A stretch of 61,064 nt of DNA from Vampirovibrionaceae bacterium NZW_1234 (GCA_041697335.1 JBGUGD010000017.1:1-61064), one strand, 5' to 3'; shown: positions 20,111 through 30,822, numbered from the stretch's first letter. Notes: generated by a model from the letters alone, not told the origin. Translations and numbers: made by a program.

Positions 20111-20512
20111 TTACTGGACAACACAGAGAATTTCGCCGCCGACATTTTCCCGACGGGCTACTCTGTCTGTAATGATACCTTTGTTGGTGGTCAGAATGGC
20201 GACACCAGCACCGTTCAAAATGCGGGGCAGGTTGTCGACCTTGTAGTATTTGCGCAAACCAGGACGGCTGACTCGCTTGATATTGCGAATAATCGGGTAA
20301 CCTTCCTTGTCGTACTTTAAAACCACGCGAATAATCTTGAAGCGACCTTGCGGATCATCTTTGGTTTCGTAGCTCTTAATGTAGCCTTCCTGGAGCAACA
20401 CTTTCACAATTTCGATTTTAAGCTTGGAGGCAGGAAGCTCAACATGCTTATGGCCGGCTTGAGCGGCGTTTCGAATCCGTGTGAGCAGATCTGCAATGGG
20501 ATCGGTATTCAT
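20111..20512 (-). CDS. rpsH: 30S ribosomal protein S8
   Basis: DPIADLLTRIRNA, SRPGLR, GGE. Confidence 0.98.
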   Translation of the reverse strand: MNTDPIADLLTRIRNAAQAGHKHVELPASKLKIEIVKVLLQEGYIKSYETKDDPQGRFKIIRVVLKYDKEGYPIIRNIKRVSRPGLRKYYKVDNLPRILNGAGVAILTTNKGIITDRVARRENVGGEILCVVQ

Positions 20513-20570
20513 TCGCTAGGTCCTTCGCTGTTTCCTTGTTCTTCGTTACGTCTTGGCTATGATGGGGTAA

Positions 20571-20777
20571 TTACCAGCTGGATTTGGTAACACCGGGCAA
20601 AAGTCCCTGGTGTGCAAATTCTCTTAAGTGTAAGCGGCACAGGCCGAACAATCTGTAGTACGCCTTAGGACGACCGCAGATGCTGCAGCGGTTGTGAAGT
20701 CTCACTTTCGGGAATTTACCTTTGGAAGCCAGCTCCCGACGCTTTGCTTCTTTTACAATGCTGGATGTCTTAGCCAA
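20571..20777 (-). CDS. rpsN: 30S ribosomal protein S14 (short zinc-ribbon type)
   Basis: [22 protein letters not shown]. Confidence 0.97.
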   Translation of the reverse strand: MAKTSSIVKEAKRRELASKGKFPKVRLHNRCSICGRPKAYYRLFGLCRLHLREFAHQGLLPGVTKSSW

Positions 20778-20801
20778 GGGTGTTCTCCTATTTATCCTGT
20801 C

Positions 20802-21377
20802 TTATGCGACGTCTGTCTGTGGCTGGCCGGAAGAAGCCTTCTTACGGAACGGTACGCCTAAGGCTTCTAACAAAGCTTTCGCTTCCATATCGGTTCCGGC
20901 GGTGGTCACGATGGTAATGTTCATCCCACGGACCTTGTCAATTTTATCATACTCAATTTCCGGAAACACCAGCTGATCCCGGATACCGATATTGTAATTG
21001 CCCCGTCCGTCAAAGCCTTTCTCGTTTAAACCACGGAAGTCACGAATACGGGGGAATACAATCCCGTTGAGCTTGGCCATAAAGTCGTACATACGTTGGC
21101 CACGCAGGGTAACCATCGCACCAATGGGCATACCCTTACGAACTTTAAAGGTCGCAATCGACTTTTTCGCACGGGTAACCACAGGCTTTTGGCCAGTGAT
21201 CAGTTCCAGGTCCCGAAGCCCACTCTCGAGTGCTTTGGAGTTCTGAGTTGACTCGCCAAGACCAATATTGACCACAATCTTGACCAACTGCGGAACCTGG
21301 TGAATGTTCTCATATTTCAGCTCTTTTTTCAGAGCTGGAATAATATCTTCTTGGTACTGCTGCTTGAGTGTCTTCAT
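20802..21377 (-). CDS. rplE: 50S ribosomal protein L5
   Basis: [18 protein letters not shown]. Confidence 0.98.
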   Translation of the reverse strand: MKTLKQQYQEDIIPALKKELKYENIHQVPQLVKIVVNIGLGESTQNSKALESGLRDLELITGQKPVVTRAKKSIATFKVRKGMPIGAMVTLRGQRMYDFMAKLNGIVFPRIRDFRGLNEKGFDGRGNYNIGIRDQLVFPEIEYDKIDKVRGMNITIVTTAGTDMEAKALLEALGVPFRKKASSGQPQTDVA

Positions 21378-21424
21378 CGGACCTTTACCTGTTTGCTAAT
21401 TCATTCATTCTATAATGCACATGC

Positions 21425-21793
21425 CTAAGCATCAAACTGGGCACTGCATTTCTTGCAAACCCGGGTCTTTTTACCATTATCCAGGGTTTTTAAGGAAATA
21501 CGAGTGGGCTTGCTGCAGGACAAGCAATATAACATAACTTTTGCGGCGGGTAATGGGGCTTCCATTTCCACCAGGCCACCCTGAATACCAGCCATCGGGT
21601 TGGGACGGGTCGCTTTCTTGATTTTGTTTAAGCCTTCAACCAGCACTTTGCTGTCGTCGGAGAATACTTTACGCACAATACCGGTCTGACCTTTGTCTTT
21701 GCCAGACAGAACCAGAACGGTATCCCCGGTTTTTACATGCAAAGGATAGGCTTCTTTGAGTTTCTTACGCTGTGACCGTTTTAAACCTAACAT
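21425..21793 (-). CDS. rplX: 50S ribosomal protein L24
   Basis: KOW motif GDTVLVLSGKDKG. Confidence 0.97.
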   Translation of the reverse strand: MLGLKRSQRKKLKEAYPLHVKTGDTVLVLSGKDKGQTGIVRKVFSDDSKVLVEGLNKIKKATRPNPMAGIQGGLVEMEAPLPAAKVMLYCLSCSKPTRISLKTLDNGKKTRVCKKCSAQFDA

Positions 21794-21806
21794 TGGGGAT
21801 GCTCCT

Positions 21807-22169
21807 TTAAATCACTTCCGGGGCGAGAGAGATGATTTTCATGAAGTTTTTCTCCCGTAACTCCCGGGCTACGGGACCGAAAACACGAGTGCCGCGCGGG
21901 TTGCCATCTTTATTGATGATAACAACGGCATTGTCACCAAACCGAATGGTCGAACCGTCTTGACGACGTAAGCCAAACTTGGAACGGACGACAACGCAAC
22001 GCACAATTTCGGATTTCTTTACGGGTGCATTGGGTTGAGCCTTTTTCACAACGCCAATAATGGTATCACCAATGTTGGCCGTGGTAGACTTGCCCAGAAC
22101 CCGGATACACAAAATCTCCTGGGCACCTGAGTTATCAGCAACTTGTAATCTGGACTCCTGCTGAATCAT
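21807..22169 (-). CDS. rplN: 50S ribosomal protein L14
   Basis: [25 protein letters not shown]. Confidence 0.98.
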   Translation of the reverse strand: MIQQESRLQVADNSGAQEILCIRVLGKSTTANIGDTIIGVVKKAQPNAPVKKSEIVRCVVVRSKFGLRRQDGSTIRFGDNAVVIINKDGNPRGTRVFGPVARELREKNFMKIISLAPEVI

Positions 22170-22173
22170 GGGC

Positions 22174-22425
22174 TTAAACCTCTTCCGTGTGCTTGATGAT
22201 TTCTTTAAGCGCCCAGCGTTTGTCTCTGCTCAAAGGACGGCATTCGATAACACGAACGACATCGCCAACTTTGGAGGCGTTTTCTGCATCATGGGCTTTG
22301 AATTTAATGGTTCTCAAGTGAACCTTGTGATACCGCGGGTGACTGGTTCGTTCTTCGATCTTGATCACACGGGTTTTATCCATTTTATCGGATACAACGA
22401 TGCCGATTTTTTCTCTTCTAGGCAT
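22174..22425 (-). CDS. rpsQ: 30S ribosomal protein S17
   Basis: [17 protein letters not shown]. Confidence 0.98.
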   Translation of the reverse strand: MPRREKIGIVVSDKMDKTRVIKIEERTSHPRYHKVHLRTIKFKAHDAENASKVGDVVRVIECRPLSRDKRWALKEIIKHTEEV

Positions 22426-22630
22426 TGGCAGGTTCTCCCTGGGACAGTTTCTGGTTGAGAGCCGTTTTCAATTGGGCGATCTCGTGACGCTTGCGACGAA
22501 ACGAAGCGGTATCTTCCAACTGATGGGTGGCTTGTTTAAAGCGTGCTTCAAACAGTTCCTTGTGCAAGGTATCTATTTTTGCACGAATCTCATCTGTTGT
22601 CAGCTCTTTCAATTCAGCAAACTTTTGCAT
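22418..22630 (-). CDS. rpmC: 50S ribosomal protein L29
   Basis: ELFEARF...IAQLKT; position between rplP and rpsQ. Confidence 0.95.
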   Translation of the reverse strand: MQKFAELKELTTDEIRAKIDTLHKELFEARFKQATHQLEDTASFRRKRHEIAQLKTALNQKLSQGEPANA

Positions 22631-22632
22631 AA

Positions 22633-23061
22633 CTATTCGTCTCCTTTCGGAGTGGCTGGTAAGTAGACGATCCGGGTTTTTACCGGAAGCTTCTGAGCCG
22701 CCAATTCCATAGCACGGGTAGCGGTTTCGTTAGCAACACCGGCCATTTCAAACATGATACGACCCGGTTTTACAACGGCAACCCAGTACTCCGGGTTTCC
22801 TTTACCCGAACCCATACGGGTTTCTGCAGGCTTTTGGGTAACCGGCTTGGCAGGGAAAATCCGAATCCAGATTTTTCCGCCCCGGCGGACACTTCTTGCC
22901 ATTGCTCGTCGGGCAGCCTCGATTTGACGGCTGGTAATCCAGGCCGGCTCCAAGGTTTGCAAGCCAATTGAGCCAAATTCCAACTCGGTACCCCGGGTTT
23001 CATACCCTTTCATGGTGCCGCGCATTTGCTTGCGATATTTTGTACGTTTAGGCATTAACAT
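22633..23061 (-). CDS. rplP: 50S ribosomal protein L16
   Basis: [15 protein letters not shown]. Confidence 0.98.
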   Translation of the reverse strand: MLMPKRTKYRKQMRGTMKGYETRGTELEFGSIGLQTLEPAWITSRQIEAARRAMARSVRRGGKIWIRIFPAKPVTQKPAETRMGSGKGNPEYWVAVVKPGRIMFEMAGVANETATRAMELAAQKLPVKTRIVYLPATPKGDE

Positions 23062-23067
23062 AAGTCA

Positions 23068-23946
23068 TTACTCCTCAGCAGATGGTTGCTGATCACTGGG
23101 TTGAGCGCCGGCTTCCGGAGCTTGTCCTTCGGGAGCCATTTGAGAATGGGTGACCGGACCACTACGTCCGCCGCCACGCTTGCCGCGACGTCCGGGTTGG
23201 TTTCTGTTGTCACCACGACGGCCACCGCCATGCAACCCTTGGGGTTGGTTAGCGCCACCGCGCTGTTCTTCATTGGGACGAGCTTTTGCCTTGACATTGG
23301 ACTCAGCCGTTTCACCAGGCAAGACTTCGCCTTTGAAGATCCAAACTTTGACACCGATAATCCCGAACAGGGTGGTTGCTTCAGCAACACCGTAGTCGAT
23401 GTCGGCACGGAATGTGTGCAGAGGGATACGACCTTCTTTGGCCCATTCGGTCCGAGCAATTTCAGCTCCACCCAAACGGCCGGCGACCATGACCTTGATC
23501 CCTTTGGCACCGGAGCGCATAGTCCGTTGAATGGCTTGTTTCATCGCACGACGGAAAGCAACCCGCTTTTCAAGCTGGAATGCAATGGCTTCAGCAACGA
23601 GCTGGGCATCCACGTCGATACGAGCGACTTCCATTACATCCAACTGGATGTCTTTGCGCTTTGTAATTTGGGTGAGCTCTTTACGCAGCAGATCCAGACC
23701 TTGGCCACCGCGTCCCACAATCATCCCAGGACGACCGGTGATGATGCGGATGATCAGTTTGGTGGATTTGCGGTCGATTTCAATACGGCTGATAAAGGCA
23801 TTTTTCAGACGTTTTTTCAAAAAACGACGGATATCATAATCTTCTTTGACGCTCTTGGCATAGCCCTGGTCGAATGCAATCCAGTTGCTTTCCCATGGGT
23901 GAATAATGCCGATGCGTACACCTTTTGGATGAACCTTCTGTCCCAC
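23068..23946 (-). CDS. rpsC: 30S ribosomal protein S3
   Basis: MGQKVHP, GRLGGAEIAR; long disordered C-terminal tail. Confidence 0.98.
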   Translation of the reverse strand: MGQKVHPKGVRIGIIHPWESNWIAFDQGYAKSVKEDYDIRRFLKKRLKNAFISRIEIDRKSTKLIIRIITGRPGMIVGRGGQGLDLLRKELTQITKRKDIQLDVMEVARIDVDAQLVAEAIAFQLEKRVAFRRAMKQAIQRTMRSGAKGIKVMVAGRLGGAEIARTEWAKEGRIPLHTFRADIDYGVAEATTLFGIIGVKVWIFKGEVLPGETAESNVKAKARPNEEQRGGANQPQGLHGGGRRGDNRNQPGRRGKRGGGRSGPVTHSQMAPEGQAPEAGAQPSDQQPSAEE

Positions 23947-23956
23947 GGGCGCGCTC

Positions 23957-24298
23957 CTATTGTTTCACCTTGACTTCTACCATTAAATGGGCGGTTGGCT
24001 TTTCAATTTTGTAAATCCGCCCTTGAGCACGGGGACGAAAGCGTCTGTAAGCGGGCCCTTCATCCACCATGATGGTGCTGATCACCAGATTGTCCGGTGC
24101 GGCCAGCTCCCCGTATTTTTGTGCTGCGTTATGGGTGGCAGCAATCAAATGTTTCAAGATCACTTTGGAAGCAAAATACGGCATGAACCGCAGCATATGG
24201 AGTGCTTCGGGTACAGCTTTCCCACGCACTTCATTGGCAACACGACGCAATTTGCGATGCGACATTAAAATATAACGCTGTTTGGAACGTGCTTCCAT
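23957..24298 (-). CDS. rplV: 50S ribosomal protein L22
   Basis: VDEGP, RPRAQGR. Confidence 0.97.
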   Translation of the reverse strand: MEARSKQRYILMSHRKLRRVANEVRGKAVPEALHMLRFMPYFASKVILKHLIAATHNAAQKYGELAAPDNLVISTIMVDEGPAYRRFRPRAQGRIYKIEKPTAHLMVEVKVKQ

Positions 24299-24306
24299 TG
24301 TACTGG

Positions 24307-24588
24307 TTACCTCTTTTTAGCCTTCTTGTCGGAGCCTGCGTGACCGCGGAAGAAGCGGGTCGGGGCAAACTCGCCAAGCTTATGTCCAATCATTTGCTCG
24401 GTGATATACACCGGGACGTGTTTGTTGCCGTTGTGAACCGCAATGGTGTGGCCAATCATTTCGGGAATGATCATGGAACGGCGAGACCAGGTTTTAAAGA
24501 CTTTTTTGTCACCTTTCTCATTCATCTCCTCGATTTTGTCCCGGAGATGCTCGTCAACAAAAGGTCCTTTCTTCAGCGAGCGTGGCAT
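24307..24588 (-). CDS. rpsS: 30S ribosomal protein S19
   Basis: [19 protein letters not shown]. Confidence 0.98.
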   Translation of the reverse strand: MPRSLKKGPFVDEHLRDKIEEMNEKGDKKVFKTWSRRSMIIPEMIGHTIAVHNGNKHVPVYITEQMIGHKLGEFAPTRFFRGHAGSDKKAKKR

Positions 24589-24603
24589 AAACTTGAATTC
24601 CTA

Positions 24604-25431
24604 TTATTTCCGACGTCTTACAATGAATTTATTGGATAATTTCTTCCGTTTCCGGGTCTTGTGGCCCAGAGTCGGCTTACCCCAAGGAGTGACAGGGCTG
24701 GGACGGCCAATAGGCGCACGCCCTTCGCCACCACCGTGAGGGTGATCGACCGGGTTCATAACGCTACCACGAACGGTGGGACGAATCCCTCTGTAGCGGG
24801 TACGACCGGCTTTACCCAATTTGATGTTTTTGTGTTCGGAGTTACCCAATGCACCCAGGGTGGCAACACAGTTTTCAGAAACCATCCGCATTTCACCACT
24901 GGGGAGTTTTAAGGTGGCATACCCGTTTTCACGAGCAACCAATTGCGCAGAACAACCGGCACTGCGAACAATTTTACCGCCATTGCCCGGGATCAACTCG
25001 ATATTGTGAACGGTCGAACCTAAGGGCATGTTTTTTAAGGGCATTGCATTACCGGCTTTAATCTCGGCATCGGGGCCGCTCATCACGGTATCACCGACTT
25101 TTAAGCCTTCGGGATGCAAAATATAGCGGCGTTCACCATCGGCGTAAAGAACCAACGAAATCCGAACATTACGGTTAGGATCGTATTCAATGGTTTCAAC
25201 AAGGGCTGGGATGCCGATTTTGTTGCGCTTGAAGTCGATAACACGGTAAGACCGCTTATGACGACCGCCCTTGTGACGGCAGGTGATGCGACCATAACTG
25301 TTACGACCGGAACGGTTGGCCAGTTTGGTCAACAGAGGCTTGTGGGGTTTATCCGTCGTGACTTCGGAAAAATCCGAAACCGACATGCCCCGTTGGCCTG
25401 GAGAGGTTGGTTTTAAGACACGAATACCCAT
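24604..25431 (-). CDS. rplB: 50S ribosomal protein L2
   Basis: [19 protein letters not shown]. Confidence 0.99.
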   Translation of the reverse strand: MGIRVLKPTSPGQRGMSVSDFSEVTTDKPHKPLLTKLANRSGRNSYGRITCRHKGGRHKRSYRVIDFKRNKIGIPALVETIEYDPNRNVRISLVLYADGERRYILHPEGLKVGDTVMSGPDAEIKAGNAMPLKNMPLGSTVHNIELIPGNGGKIVRSAGCSAQLVARENGYATLKLPSGEMRMVSENCVATLGALGNSEHKNIKLGKAGRTRYRGIRPTVRGSVMNPVDHPHGGGEGRAPIGRPSPVTPWGKPTLGHKTRKRKKLSNKFIVRRRK

Positions 25432-25437
25432 GATTGG

Positions 25438-25737
25438 TTACGCTCCTGTAAATAATTCGATGGGCTCACCTTCGATGGTGAAGATAGCTTTCTTGCCTGC
25501 TGTGGTGGTGCCGGTTTTACGACCATAACGCTTGGTTTTGGGATACATTTTGGTCGTACGGACATTTTTCACCTTGCGGCCAGGGAAAGCCAGTTCGAAG
25601 GCTTTTGCCAGTTCAATTTTATTGGCTTCGGGCAGGACCTCGAAGGAATATTGGTTTTCAGCAGCCAGACTGGTTGCTTTTTCCGTCACCAGAGGACGGA
25701 CCAACAGTTCAACTAATGCAGCGTTCTGATTAGACAT
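25438..25737 (-). CDS. rplW: 50S ribosomal protein L23
   Basis: PLVTEK, ANKIE, KKAI; ATG 25737 overlaps the rplD stop. Confidence 0.95.
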   Translation of the reverse strand: MSNQNAALVELLVRPLVTEKATSLAAENQYSFEVLPEANKIELAKAFELAFPGRKVKNVRTTKMYPKTKRYGRKTGTTTAGKKAIFTIEGEPIELFTGA

Positions 25738-26380
25738 GATTGCCAAACCTCTCGTTAATGACTTGAAGTGCTTGCTCGGTTGCAATCACGGCATCGGCGA
25801 GAATCAAATCGTGAACGCTCAGGTTCAGCGGGAGCCGAAGCTTTAATTCAGGCAGGTTCCGAGCGGCGAGGAACAAATGCTTGTTGTCATCAGACTGGTA
25901 ATCAGCCAGAATCAGCACTTTTTTGCCTTTCAAGCCGAGTGTGGAGACAAATTCATTCAACGGCTTGGTTTTGGGTTCTGTCAGGAAGGCAAAGTTTTCA
26001 ACGACCAGCATCTTGCTTTCCAGAACAGCCACCGACAAGGCGGACTTCATCGCCAGACGGCGCATTTTCTTAGGCATGTCAAAAGCAAAGCTTCTGGGTT
26101 TAGGCCCAAAAATGACACCGCCGCCTTTCCACAACGGACTGCGGATACTACCGGCACGGGCACGGCCAGTCCCTTTTTGTTTCCAAGGCTTGCGACCACC
26201 CCCACGGACTTCACCGCGGGTTTTGGTATTGGCGGAGCCTGCACGGCCATTGGCCAGTTCACGGCGTACCGCTAAGTGCATGGCGTGGGTGTTGGGTTCA
26301 ACACCATAAACTTCCGGAGCCAGATCAACAGAGCCGCTTTCTTTTCCTTGGGCTGAAATTTTCTTTGCAGTAACGGTCAT
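25730..26380 (-). CDS. rplD: 50S ribosomal protein L4
   Basis: KPWKQKGTGRARAG, GGGVIFGP. Confidence 0.98.
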   Translation of the reverse strand: MTVTAKKISAQGKESGSVDLAPEVYGVEPNTHAMHLAVRRELANGRAGSANTKTRGEVRGGGRKPWKQKGTGRARAGSIRSPLWKGGGVIFGPKPRSFAFDMPKKMRRLAMKSALSVAVLESKMLVVENFAFLTEPKTKPLNEFVSTLGLKGKKVLILADYQSDDNKHLFLAARNLPELKLRLPLNLSVHDLILADAVIATEQALQVINERFGNHV

Positions 26381-26384
26381 CGGT

Positions 26385-27041
26385 CTAGCCCTCCTTCTTC
26401 GCGTTTAAGGCTTTGCGGGGACGAACAAATACAGTGGCACCCGGCTTTCCAGGAACAGCACCTTTTACAAGAAGGATGTTCTTTTCCAGATCCACCAGAA
26501 CCACTTTGAGGTTTTCGACAGTGACATTATTGTCACCCATATGTGCGGCCATTTTCAGACCTTTGAAAACCCGACCCGGGGTGGTGCCGGCACCAATCGA
26601 ACCGGGCAGACGGTGGGATTTGGAACCGTGGGTCATCGGGCCACGGGCAAAATTGTGCAATTTGATACGGCCTTGGAACCCTTTTCCGATAGAGCGGCCG
26701 CTGACATTTACTTTTTCAATCTGGGTCAGAAATTCAGGGCTGATCACTTGACCAACTTGAAATCCAGCGGCTTCAGAGGCCTGCACCCGGAATTCCTTGA
26801 GGTGACGAAATAAACCGAGGCCGTTCTTTTTGGTGTGGCCTTGTTCGGCTTTCGACAAATGCTTTGTTTTTGCTTCTTGATAACCAACCTGGACAGCGGC
26901 GTAGCCATCTGTCTCTTTGGTTTTGACTTGCGTAACCGTCATCGGAAGCAGTTCAATGACCGTTACGGGGACAGCGGACCCTTCCTCGTTAAAGATTTGG
27001 GTCATGCCTCTTTTTTTGCCAATTGCACCTTGAAGGGTCAT
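26385..27041 (-). CDS. rplC: 50S ribosomal protein L3
   Basis: GMTQIF, GKGFQG, GSIG..TTPGRV. Confidence 0.98.
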   Translation of the reverse strand: MTLQGAIGKKRGMTQIFNEEGSAVPVTVIELLPMTVTQVKTKETDGYAAVQVGYQEAKTKHLSKAEQGHTKKNGLGLFRHLKEFRVQASEAAGFQVGQVISPEFLTQIEKVNVSGRSIGKGFQGRIKLHNFARGPMTHGSKSHRLPGSIGAGTTPGRVFKGLKMAAHMGDNNVTVENLKVVLVDLEKNILLVKGAVPGKPGATVFVRPRKALNAKKEG

Positions 27042-27131
27042 GGTTCCTGTACTTTCTTACGCTTCTTGCTCTGATACACCGTGTGGGGGTTGTTTTTCTT
27101 CCGGAAAATCCGGAAAAACACTGGAATATAA

Positions 27132-27160
27132 ACTGTAGTACAATCGCACTTCAATATCAA
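27132..27160 (-). promoter_or_regulatory. putative sigma70 promoter for rplC
   Basis: TTGATA-17 bp-TACAGT on the minus strand, downstream of the rpsJ terminator. Confidence 0.5.
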
Positions 27161-27182
27161 GCATCAGACTTGAACAATTTTT

Positions 27183-27217
27183 AAAAAGAGATGCCGTCCT
27201 GATGAACGGCACCTCTC
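27183..27217 (-). terminator. intrinsic terminator directly after rpsJ
   Basis: GAGAGGTGCCGTTC-ATCA-GGACGGCATCTC stem with G-U pairs on the minus strand, then TTTTT. Confidence 0.75.
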
Positions 27218-27228
27218 CAGATTCAGTC

Positions 27229-27549
27229 TTAGAGCTTGACTTCGATATCCACACCAGCTGGCATATCGAGTCGGCTCAGCTGTTCCATGGTGTCATGGGT
27301 GGGATCCACAATATCGATGATCCGTTTGTGGGTCCGGATTTCGAAGTGTTCGCGAGATTTCTTGTCTGCATGAGGGGAACGCAGAACGCAGAAAATTTGA
27401 CGATGCGTAGGAAGTGGAATTGGCCCAACGACTTTGCAACTGCTTTGACGGGCAACGTCAACCAGCTTGTCGGCAGATTGATCCAATAAGCGGTGATCGT
27501 ATGCCTGTAAACGGATGCGGATTCGTTGTTGTTTTTTTGCTTTGGCCAT
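27229..27549 (-). CDS. rpsJ: 30S ribosomal protein S10
   Basis: [22 protein letters not shown]. Confidence 0.98.
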   Translation of the reverse strand: MAKAKKQQRIRIRLQAYDHRLLDQSADKLVDVARQSSCKVVGPIPLPTHRQIFCVLRSPHADKKSREHFEIRTHKRIIDIVDPTHDTMEQLSRLDMPAGVDIEVKL

Positions 27550-27598
27550 TTTCCTATCTTCCTACGCTCGTTCAAATTTTGTTCTATTTAGTATCCAA

Positions 27599-28813
27599 CT
27601 AGGAAACGATGGTGTCAATAATACCAGAACCAACCGTTCTGCCACCTTCGCGAATAGCGAAGCGCATACCGGCTTCCATAGCTACTGGCATAATCAACTC
27701 GACTTCAACCATGATGTTGTCGCCGGGCATTACCATTTCGACGCCATCGGGTAACGTGATGGTACCGGTTACGTCGGTTGTTCTGACGTAGAACTGAGGA
27801 CGGTAGCCTTTAAAGAACGGGGTGTGACGGCCACCTTCGTCTTTGGTCAGAACGTAAACGTTAGCTTTGAATTTGGTGTGGGGCTTGATGCTACCAGGAG
27901 CAGCCAGAACCTGACCGCGTTCCACGGAGCTCTTGTCGATACCGCGGAGCAATGTACCGACGTTGTCACCGGCCATACCGGAATCCAACTGCTTACGGAA
28001 CATTTCAACACCGGTAACGGTGGTTTTACGGGTTTCACCCATACCGACGATTTCAACTTCGTCACCCACTTTGCACTGACCACGTTCGATACGGCCAGTA
28101 ACAACGGTACCACGACCGGGGATGGTGAAAACGTCTTCAATGGGCATCAGGAAGGGCTGGTCGATGGGACGCTCCGGAACCGGAATGTAAGCATCAACGG
28201 CATCCATCAGTTCGTAAACTTTATCAACCCACTCGTTTTCGCCGCGCTGGGTTTTGGGGTTGGCTTGCATGGCTTCCAAAGCTTTCAAGGCAGAACCACG
28301 GACGAACGGAATGTTGTCGCCATCGAATTGGTATTGGCTCAACAGTTCACGGGCTTCCATTTCAACCAGGTCGAGCAATTCAGGATCGTCAACCATGTCG
28401 GCTTTGTTCATCCAGACAACGATCTTCGGAACGCCAACCTGACGAGCCAACAGGATGTGCTCACGGGTTTGCGGCATCGGGCCGTCAGCTGCAGAAATAA
28501 CAAGAATGGCGCCGTCCATCTGGGCAGCACCGGTAATCATGTTTTTCACGTAGTCGGCGTGACCGGGGCAGTCTACGTGTGCATAGTGTCTGTTTTCGGT
28601 TTGGTATTCAACGTGCGCTGTTGCAATGGTGATACCCCGTGCTTTTTCTTCAGGGGCAGCATCAATCTGGTCAAATGCTTTTGCTTCCGCCCCACCGCCT
28701 GCTGCTAATACATAGGTAATTGCAGCTGTTGTGGTGGTTTTACCGTGGTCAACGTGACCAATGGTCCCAATGTTGACGTGGGGTTTCGTTCTTTCAAACT
28801 TTTCCCGGGCCAT
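27599..28813 (-). CDS. tuf: elongation factor Tu
   Basis: [25 protein letters not shown]. Confidence 0.99.
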   Translation of the reverse strand: MAREKFERTKPHVNIGTIGHVDHGKTTTTAAITYVLAAGGGAEAKAFDQIDAAPEEKARGITIATAHVEYQTENRHYAHVDCPGHADYVKNMITGAAQMDGAILVISAADGPMPQTREHILLARQVGVPKIVVWMNKADMVDDPELLDLVEMEARELLSQYQFDGDNIPFVRGSALKALEAMQANPKTQRGENEWVDKVYELMDAVDAYIPVPERPIDQPFLMPIEDVFTIPGRGTVVTGRIERGQCKVGDEVEIVGMGETRKTTVTGVEMFRKQLDSGMAGDNVGTLLRGIDKSSVERGQVLAAPGSIKPHTKFKANVYVLTKDEGGRHTPFFKGYRPQFYVRTTDVTGTITLPDGVEMVMPGDNIMVEVELIMPVAMEAGMRFAIREGGRTVGSGIIDTIVS

Positions 28814-28935
28814 TCTAGATGTCTCCTTCTAATGACTTACCGTTTACGGGTAACTTCCTTGGGTAACTTTGTTTGGGATTCACTAATAACACAAGATTAA
28901 GCACAAATAAAACACAAAAACAAGAAAAAGAAAAA

Positions 28936-29007
28936 AGCCCATGACGAGATTCGAACTCGTGGCCTTCCCCTTACCAAGGGGATGCGCTACCTCTGCGCCA
29001 CATGGGC
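28936..29007 (-). tRNA. tRNA-Thr (GGT)
   Basis: GCCCATG/CATGGGC acceptor; TCCCC-TTGGTAA-GGGGA anticodon arm; CCA not encoded. Confidence 0.95.
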
Positions 29008-29078
29008 AGAGCTTTTCTTGTTCTTGTTCTCTTTGTTAACGGATCAACTGGGTCCAGCTTCTTCGTCAACGCGGATGG

Positions 29079-29162
29079 TGGTGGGCAGGGTTGGATTCGA
29101 ACCAACGTAGCATAAGCAACGGTTTTACAGACCGCCTCCTTTAACCACTCGGACACCTGCCC
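29079..29162 (-). tRNA. tRNA-Tyr (GTA)
   Basis: GGGCAGG/CCTGCCC acceptor; CTGTAAA anticodon loop; long variable arm; CCA encoded. Confidence 0.96.
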
Positions 29163-29180
29163 AGGCTGTATCGGGAGTTA

Positions 29181-29255
29181 TGGAGCCGGTGATGGGATTC
29201 GAACCCGCAACCTACGGTTTACAAAACCGTTGCTCTGCCATTGAGCTACACCGGC
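29181..29255 (-). tRNA. tRNA-Thr (TGT)
   Basis: GCCGGTG/CACCGGC acceptor; ACGGT-TTTGTAA-ACCGT anticodon arm; CCA encoded. Confidence 0.96.
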
Positions 29256-29499
29256 GGGTGGGATTTTATCTTATTGAGTCAAGCCGCCAAGTCAATACGT
29301 TTTGCCCAGAATGCTTGTTCAATAAACAGTGGGTATTTTAGCAGCATTGCAATTTCAGGACAATGTTCTCTTAAAACCATCATCGAGGGGTTCTGAGGGA
29401 GCCTGTCTATCCCATGCGCATGTGCAGATTCACTGCCTCGGGAAAATCCCAATACTCAATACGCTACAACAAACTTTGGTTGCGTTCAAATGGTTTTTC

Positions 29500-30822
29500 T
29501 CAAGGTCTTAAGGCAACAATGATATTGCCCTCGAGTTTCGCACCTTCGCTTTGTGCTTGGGACTTTGCGCCAGGCCAATAAATGATGTCCTTGTCATAGT
29601 ACTCGCTCGGGTCTGCAATGGGGGGGCAGGCGAGCTTCCCGGCATAAATATCTCGAACCGCTTCAATGTAGTGGGTTGGGTTGCCCATATCACTCCAATA
29701 CCCGCCGACGGCTTGTGCCCAAAACGGCATGGGCTCATTGGTCTTGCTGTCCCGCAGGTTGCCTTTTTTCGATTCGTCCAATACTGCGGGAAAGAAATGT
29801 TGGGCGTAATCGTAAAGTTGCCCGGATGCCAACTGCTTGTCTCCGATTGCGATGAACAACTCGTAGACCTCGGGGGACAGGATGTAAAAACCGGCATTGG
29901 CAAACCGGCTTGTGCCTGCATCACTCAGCGATGGTTTTTCTTTAAAGGAAATAATATTTCCCGATTGTTCATCCCCACCCATTGCATCGGTTTGAATAAT
30001 GCCGAATTTATTCACATCCTCATCCGGAACAATCTGACCACCGATGGTCACGGCAGCATGGCGTTGCTGATGGGTTTTGGCCAGGAAAGAGAGATCGGCA
30101 TCGGTAATGGCATCGCCCTGAATAATAAAGATGGGTTTGCGGCGATCCACCTGATTGTTTTTTAAGGCTTTCAGCAGCCCCCCGGCTGTGCCGGAAGGAC
30201 TTTCCTCATCAATAAACGAGATGTTCAGATTGTCGAGGGCCGTTAACTGCTGCTTTAAGTGGCGGGGTTTATAAAAGGTATTCACCAGGATGTTGGAGAA
30301 ACCGTGATGTTCAAGATGCTTGGCAATGATTTGAATGACCGATTGATCGCCATAGAGAGGGACACCGGGCTTGGGGTAACTGGTGGTGTTGCCCGATATC
30401 GGCTCGAAACGGGTTGCCAGACCCGCCCCTAGAATCATGGCCTGGGACGTCAGGGTTTGCTGAGGGCCCACGTTCTGGGGATAGATCAGCGCCTCTGATT
30501 TGCCCTCAATCCGGCGACCCGGCAGTTCCACTTCAGTGTCTTCCAGGACGATCTTGCTGCCGGGCAGGCCAAAATAGACCAGTTTAGGGCTGGTGACAAT
30601 GGCACAGAATCCGCCTTTGCCTTCAAAAAAACGAACCGTATGGCGCGGGTTTTTGCGCTGATGGGCCCAGCCCAGGATATCTCCTTCTTCGGAACGCTTT
30701 ATAATGGTTTTTTCGCTGTCATCGTTCTGAGGCTCCGAGAGCATATTCAATGGAATATCCTGGTGAGCCAGAACCACGTCAGGAGAAATATCCAGGGTAA
30801 TCATGAGCGCCGCCTTTCTCAT
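29500..30822 (-). CDS. sugar-phosphate nucleotidyltransferase (GMPP-like) with about 125-aa N-terminal extension
   Basis: AMILGAGLATR..P...PKP, GTAGG, GD, FKEKP, NAGFY, YWSDMG. Confidence 0.88.
   Translation of the reverse strand: MRKAALMITLDISPDVVLAHQDIPLNMLSEPQNDDSEKTIIKRSEEGDILGWAHQRKNPRHTVRFFEGKGGFCAIVTSPKLVYFGLPGSKIVLEDTEVELPGRRIEGKSEALIYPQNVGPQQTLTSQAMILGAGLATRFEPISGNTTSYPKPGVPLYGDQSVIQIIAKHLEHHGFSNILVNTFYKPRHLKQQLTALDNLNISFIDEESPSGTAGGLLKALKNNQVDRRKPIFIIQGDAITDADLSFLAKTHQQRHAAVTIGGQIVPDEDVNKFGIIQTDAMGGDEQSGNIISFKEKPSLSDAGTSRFANAGFYILSPEVYELFIAIGDKQLASGQLYDYAQHFFPAVLDESKKGNLRDSKTNEPMPFWAQAVGGYWSDMGNPTHYIEAVRDIYAGKLACPPIADPSEYYDKDIIYWPGAKSQAQSEGAKLEGNIIVALRP

Noticed and set aside
23068..23300. 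Long Gly/Arg/Gln-rich C-terminal tail of S3
   Set aside because: Variable disordered S3 tails are common in many bacterial lineages
23086..28708. Antisense ORFs of about 295 aa opposite rpsC and tuf
   Set aside because: Typical antisense shadows of highly expressed genes
28971..29156. 61-aa ORF over the tRNA cluster
   Set aside because: Overlaps tRNA-Tyr and tRNA-Thr; spurious
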